A stretch of DNA of 64,000 nt from Promethearchaeota archaeon (GTDB lineage Archaea > Asgardarchaeota > Lokiarchaeia > Sigyniarchaeales > SOKP01), in the NCBI GenBank assembly GCA_048938005.1, contig JBHLMQ010000002.1, forward strand, positions 107,784 through 171,783, read 5' to 3'. Made by a program: the position numbers and the translations under genes. Numbering within the stretch: the stretch's first letter is position 1; each line of letters opens with the position of its first letter. The notes under the pieces were generated by a model, which saw only the letters and a list, made by a program, of their open reading frames with translations, was not told the origin of the DNA and searched no databases. This document shows, piece by piece, positions 59,462 to 64,000 of this stretch.

Positions 59462-61831
59462 GTGTTTTTGACTTCCTTAAATGTTATATTAGGAAATTTT
59501 GAAGAAGAATATATTAATAGTATTGATTCAATATTCGATGCCTATTTTTTACTCTCAAAAGAGAATATAGTCTTGAGTTATAAGATTAAAGACAAACTTC
59601 TTAATTCATATTTCGATAAGGAGTATCTTCAAGGAGAAAATTTTTTCAAGTTATTCGGATCTCAAATTCAACAAGAGCGAAATAAAGAATTGAAACGAAA
59701 AATTTTAGAAAAGAAACCTCAAATATTTGAACATAGTATAAAGATAAACAGTCAAATTGGCTTTTACAATATTTTTATTTTTATGCTAGCTAATGAGCGT
59801 ATGCTCATTAATTTTCGAAATATTGACGATCAAAAGAAAATTGAATTTGAGCTAGCTGAAGAGAGAAACACATTAAAAAATACAATCGAAATAAATCCTT
59901 ATGCTATTGAAATTAAGGATGCTGAGGGTCGACATGTTAGTGCTAATAAAGCATTTATAGATATGTTTAAATCCGTTGCTCCACCTGAATATTCAATCTT
60001 TACAGATCCTCATCTTAAAAAAAGAGGACTATTGGATAAAATTTTAAAATTAAAGGAAGGGAAAGTTGTGAAAATGGGAGAACATTGGTATGATGTTCGT
60101 GACTCCGCAATAGAAGCTGGTCTTAATTTAGAAGATTATCCAAGCTCACCAATATACCATAAAGCTGTTGCGTTCCCAATACATGACAGTGAGGGAAAGA
60201 TTAAGAATTACGTTTTTATGCATGAAGATATTACCGAGCGCAAAAAGACAGAGAGAAAATTACGTGAGAGTGAAGAAAGATTTCGCTCTCTGGTCGAAAC
60301 TACGAGTGATTGGATTTGGGAAGTGGATGCGAATCGTATCTTTACTTACACGAGTCCAAAAATTAAAGATATATTAGGATATGAACCAGAAGAAATCATT
60401 GGCAAAACACCTTTTGATTTAATGCCTTCAGATGAGGCAGAACGTGTATATAATATTTTTCAAACTAAACTTGAATCCGATAGATCTTTTAAAATCCTTG
60501 AAAATACAAACCTTCATAAAAATGGAAGCGTAGTTGTTCTTGAAACAAGTGGAGTGCCAATTTTTGATGAAAATCGGCAATTATTAGGCTATCGTGGCAT
60601 CACCCGTGATATTACCAACCGTAAAAAGGCAGAACAGAAATTAAAAGAATCTGAAGAAATGCATCGAAATTTATTTAATACTACACCCTATGCAATTTGG
60701 CTCGTAGATTTACAAGGGAAGATTATTGATTGCAATGAAACTATGGATAAATTCTTAGCAATATTTAAATACACTGATTTAATAGGAAAATCTTTCAGAG
60801 ATGTACTTAAAATGTTTGCACGTGAAGGAGATCCCAGATTTGATAATTTAGAGAAACTTATGAAAGATAGATTTAAAGTATTATTAAAAAAAGGGTACAT
60901 TAAACCTATCGAATTCGAAATTTATAGAGGTGATGGTAAACCATTTTGGATAACCTTGGAATCGTCCTTTGTCAAAATAGGTAAAAAAAGATTGATTCAG
61001 ACCTTTATTAAGGATATTACGGAGAAAAAGTTAGCCGAAATTGAATTAGAGGTTTTAAGGAAAAATTTAGAAACCAGAGTAAAAGAGAGAACGATCAAAC
61101 TGGAAAATTCCGAAATAAAATATCGAAGGGCATATAACAGAGCAAAATGTTATAAAGGATTGTTTACTCATGATATTTCTAATATGTTTCATACGATTGG
61201 AAATTCTATAGATTTATGTGATACTTTATTAAAAGAGGGAGTAAAAAATATTGATATGCTTGAATATTTTGATGTAATTGAGCAACAAATCAATCGAGGG
61301 AAGAAATTAATAAATAATATTAGAAATTTATCAGAAATTGAAGAATCTGAAATGCCCTTAGAACCTACAGAGGTTTTTGAGAAATTGAAAAGCGCTGTTC
61401 AATTTGTTAAAATAAACTTCCAGAAACGAGAGATTACTATTAATATTGAATCTGATTTAGATGAAATTTATGTACTTGCTAATGATCTGTTACTTGACGT
61501 ATTCGAAAATATTGTTATTAACTCTGTACTTTACAATAAAAATGAACCTATAGAGATTGAAATTAGCATTTCAAAATTGAGAGAAAATAATAAACCGTAT
61601 ATTAAATTTGAATTTAAAGATAATGGTATTGGTATAAATGATGATAGAAAAAGTCTTATATTCATAGAGAATTACAAGAAAAGAACTGGATCTAAAGGTA
61701 TGGGACTTGGACTTTCTCTGGTTGCTAAACTTATAGATCTATGCGAAGGTAAAATCTGGGTTGAAGATAGAATAAAAGGAGATTATACTCAAGGAAGTAA
61801 TTTTGTTATTTTAATACCAGAAGTAAAATAA
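59462..61831 (+). CDS. Multi-PAS sensor histidine kinase
   Basis: PAS/PAC repeats, THDISN His box, ENIVIN, DNGIG, GMGLGLS. Confidence 0.95.
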   Translation: MFLTSLNVILGNFEEEYINSIDSIFDAYFLLSKENIVLSYKIKDKLLNSYFDKEYLQGENFFKLFGSQIQQERNKELKRKILEKKPQIFEHSIKINSQIGFYNIFIFMLANERMLINFRNIDDQKKIEFELAEERNTLKNTIEINPYAIEIKDAEGRHVSANKAFIDMFKSVAPPEYSIFTDPHLKKRGLLDKILKLKEGKVVKMGEHWYDVRDSAIEAGLNLEDYPSSPIYHKAVAFPIHDSEGKIKNYVFMHEDITERKKTERKLRESEERFRSLVETTSDWIWEVDANRIFTYTSPKIKDILGYEPEEIIGKTPFDLMPSDEAERVYNIFQTKLESDRSFKILENTNLHKNGSVVVLETSGVPIFDENRQLLGYRGITRDITNRKKAEQKLKESEEMHRNLFNTTPYAIWLVDLQGKIIDCNETMDKFLAIFKYTDLIGKSFRDVLKMFAREGDPRFDNLEKLMKDRFKVLLKKGYIKPIEFEIYRGDGKPFWITLESSFVKIGKKRLIQTFIKDITEKKLAEIELEVLRKNLETRVKERTIKLENSEIKYRRAYNRAKCYKGLFTHDISNMFHTIGNSIDLCDTLLKEGVKNIDMLEYFDVIEQQINRGKKLINNIRNLSEIEESEMPLEPTEVFEKLKSAVQFVKINFQKREITINIESDLDEIYVLANDLLLDVFENIVINSVLYNKNEPIEIEISISKLRENNKPYIKFEFKDNGIGINDDRKSLIFIENYKKRTGSKGMGLGLSLVAKLIDLCEGKIWVEDRIKGDYTQGSNFVILIPEVK

Positions 61832-61899
61832 TTTAAGTGCTTAGTTAAATCATAATTTAGAAAATTTTAAAACCAAGAATCATAAAAAGTTATTTAAAG

Positions 61900-62727
61900 A
61901 TGAACGAGAAGATTCCTGAAAAAACAAAAAAATCGAAAAAAGAAGTAAAATGGTATACTTATGTAGATTCCAAACTCGATAGTAAATTAAAGGAGTTCAT
62001 GGAACAATATGATATTAAAAAACAAGCAAAAATAATAAGAGATTCAGTTTCTCACTATATAGATTATGTTAAACAAGTATTACGAAAATCTACTGATAGA
62101 AAAAGTTATGACGATAAATATATTGGAGATTTTATAAAGGAAGCTATTAATGTTTATGAAATGAACATTGATTATTATGAAGAGTTAAAACAGAAACTTT
62201 CACCCCTTAAAATATCAATTCTGATGTTAAATAATTTTTTAAATGAACCAAATAAACTGACTGAAAATCTTGAAAATATAAAAATCGCTCTTTTTGAATT
62301 AGAAAATTCAATAAAACGGCGTTTTGAGGAACCAGAACTAATAAGACATATGAAAAAATTCGATATTTTGTATATCGAAGATAATGAATTAGAACGAAAA
62401 ACAGTTGATACCTACTTCAAGAGAAAAGATTTAGATATTAAATCTATAGAAACTTCTGAAGAGGGGCTTGACATTTTAAAAGTTTCTACTCCTCGAGCTA
62501 TTTTATTAGATATAGATTTAAAAACTAGTAATATCAATGGAGACAAATTATGTCAAATGCTAAAATCAAAACCACAATATAGTAAAATTCCAATAATATT
62601 AATATCTGCCGTTGTTTCAGAAAAAGAAAAAAAGGAGATATTAAAATCTACTGGAGCAGATGATTTAATTCTTAAACCTATTGACAAGCTAGCAGATTTG
62701 GATATTCTATTTAAATATCTCAAATAG
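61900..62727 (+). CDS. Response regulator: RHH-like N-terminus + C-terminal REC domain
   Basis: REC motifs YIED, LLDI (phospho-Asp), IIL.SA, KPI. N-terminal YTYVDSKL...KQAKIIRDSV. Confidence 0.85.
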   Translation: MNEKIPEKTKKSKKEVKWYTYVDSKLDSKLKEFMEQYDIKKQAKIIRDSVSHYIDYVKQVLRKSTDRKSYDDKYIGDFIKEAINVYEMNIDYYEELKQKLSPLKISILMLNNFLNEPNKLTENLENIKIALFELENSIKRRFEEPELIRHMKKFDILYIEDNELERKTVDTYFKRKDLDIKSIETSEEGLDILKVSTPRAILLDIDLKTSNINGDKLCQMLKSKPQYSKIPIILISAVVSEKEKKEILKSTGADDLILKPIDKLADLDILFKYLK

Positions 62728-62749
62728 GATATTGACAATGTAATTACGT

Positions 62750-64000
62750 CTATTTAACGCTCCAAATTTTTATTGTCTTGTCGTTTGATCCACTGATGAT
62801 ATATTTAAAATCAGGAGAGATGGAAATTGAGCCAACCTCTTTTCTGTGCTCCGTGAGTGTCTTTAAGAGCTTCCCAGTGGCTAAATCCCATACTTTAATC
62901 TCCTTATCAAATGAGCTGCTAATCACATAATTATTATCGGGAGAAACAGCTACAGATAAAATATCCCAAGTATGCCCCGTGAAAGTTCGAATTAAATAAC
63001 CTGTGGAAAATTCCCATACTTTCACAGTTTTATCCCCTGATCCACTGATTATATACTTTCCATCAGCAGTGATAACTACCACTGTCACATATTTTTTATG
63101 CCCTGGGAGTGTTCTTACAAGATTGCCTGTAAGTAATTCCCAGATTTTTATTGTATTGTCGTTTGATCCGCTGACGATATATTTACCATCAGGCGAAACT
63201 GCAACAGAGCCTATATCTTTTGTGTGGCCTTTAAGTGTTTTTAAGAGCTTCCCAGTGGCTAAATCCCATACTTTAATCTCCTTATCAAATGAGCTGCTAA
63301 CTACATAATTGTTATCAGGAGAGACTGCTACAGATAAAACGTAAAAAGTATGCCCCTTAAGCGTTCGAACTAACTCTCCCTTAGAAAAATCCCATATTTT
63401 CACAGTTTTATCGTTTGAACAACTGATTATGTATTTTCCATCAGAAGAAACGACCACTGAATTTACGTATTTTTTATGCCCTTCGAGTGTTCTTACAAGC
63501 TTACCTGTAGATAATTCCCAGATTTTTATTGTCTTGTCTTTCGAACTACTTACAACATATTTACCGTTTGGAGAGAAGGTTACTGAAGTCACACCCTTTA
63601 GATGACCTTCAAAAGTTTGAATAGGAATAATATCTAAGACTTTTTTCATTTCTGGTTTTTCTTCTGGGATACTCACTGCTTCTTCTATGATTTCTACTTC
63701 TTCGGGTTTTTCTTCAACGATCTCTTCCACTGCTTCTTCTATGATTTCTACTTCTTCGGGCTTTTCTTCAACGATCTCTTCCACTACCTCTTCTATGATT
63801 TCTACTTCTTCGGGTTTCTCTTCAACGATCTCTTCTACTGCCTCTTCTACGATTTCTACTTCTTCGGGCTTTTCTTCAACGATCTCTTCCACTGCCTCTT
63901 CTATGATTTCTACTTCTTCGGGTTTTTCTTCAACGATCTCTTCCACTGCCTCTTCTATGATTTCTACTTCTTCGGGTTTCTCTTCAACGATCTCTTCCAC
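62750..64000 (-). CDS. WD40 seven-blade propeller preceded by acidic tandem repeats (5' end off window)
   Basis: Seven GH/EH...SPDG...S.S.DKT.K.W repeats, preceded by EEIVEEKPEEVEIIEEAV repeats. Confidence 0.95.
   Translation of the reverse strand: MEEIVEEKPEEVEIIEEAVEEIVEEKPEEVEIIEEAVEEIVEEKPEEVEIVEEAVEEIVEEKPEEVEIIEEVVEEIVEEKPEEVEIIEEAVEEIVEEKPEEVEIIEEAVSIPEEKPEMKKVLDIIPIQTFEGHLKGVTSVTFSPNGKYVVSSSKDKTIKIWELSTGKLVRTLEGHKKYVNSVVVSSDGKYIISCSNDKTVKIWDFSKGELVRTLKGHTFYVLSVAVSPDNNYVVSSSFDKEIKVWDLATGKLLKTLKGHTKDIGSVAVSPDGKYIVSGSNDNTIKIWELLTGNLVRTLPGHKKYVTVVVITADGKYIISGSGDKTVKVWEFSTGYLIRTFTGHTWDILSVAVSPDNNYVISSSFDKEIKVWDLATGKLLKTLTEHRKEVGSISISPDFKYIISGSNDKTIKIWSVK
63674..64000 (-). repeat. 54-bp coding tandem repeat, at least 6 copies
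   Basis: Units start at 63674, 63728, 63782, 63836, 63890 and 63944 and continue past the edge. Confidence 0.97.

Noticed and set aside
63674-64000. Regular repeats as a possible CRISPR array
   Set aside because: Head-to-tail 54-bp in-frame units with no unique spacers; a coding VNTR.
1-64000. tRNA, rRNA, IS elements, integrases and defence systems
   Set aside because: No GC-rich cloverleaf or rRNA-like segments, and no transposase, recombinase or nuclease motifs recognised by eye. A tRNAscan/Infernal run would be needed to exclude small RNAs.

Overview
AT-rich, gene-dense archaeal chromosome segment, most consistent with an Asgard archaeon (Lokiarchaeia-like). The assignment is inferred from a divergent actin-family gene, a longin + Arf-like GTPase fusion, a RING finger protein, a WD40 protein, multi-PAS histidine kinases and surface proteins ending in Loki-CTERM-like (I-P/F-G-Y + TM + basic tail) sorting signals. 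Housekeeping genes include topA, purD, gpmA, a TrmJ-type methyltransferase, an M32 carboxypeptidase and a CDP-alcohol phosphatidyltransferase. I saw no rRNA, tRNA, CRISPR array or intact transposase. The most interesting locus is 9614-11709. A coiled-coil / proline-rich / C-terminal WH2-like (LRDEMLDELNRLKKI) protein lies directly upstream of an actin-related protein that has lost catalytic and plug residues but keeps the WH2-binding cleft. This is a candidate WASP/VASP-like nucleation factor plus Arp module. Other highlights: a longin-pseudoGTPase cluster (27.5-33.3 kb), an RHH-pseudoHisKA-REC response regulator with candidate operators, a three-member unnamed small-protein family, and a recombination scar with two gene remnants at 48.2-50.0 kb. 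All family calls come from recognising motifs by eye, not from database searches.
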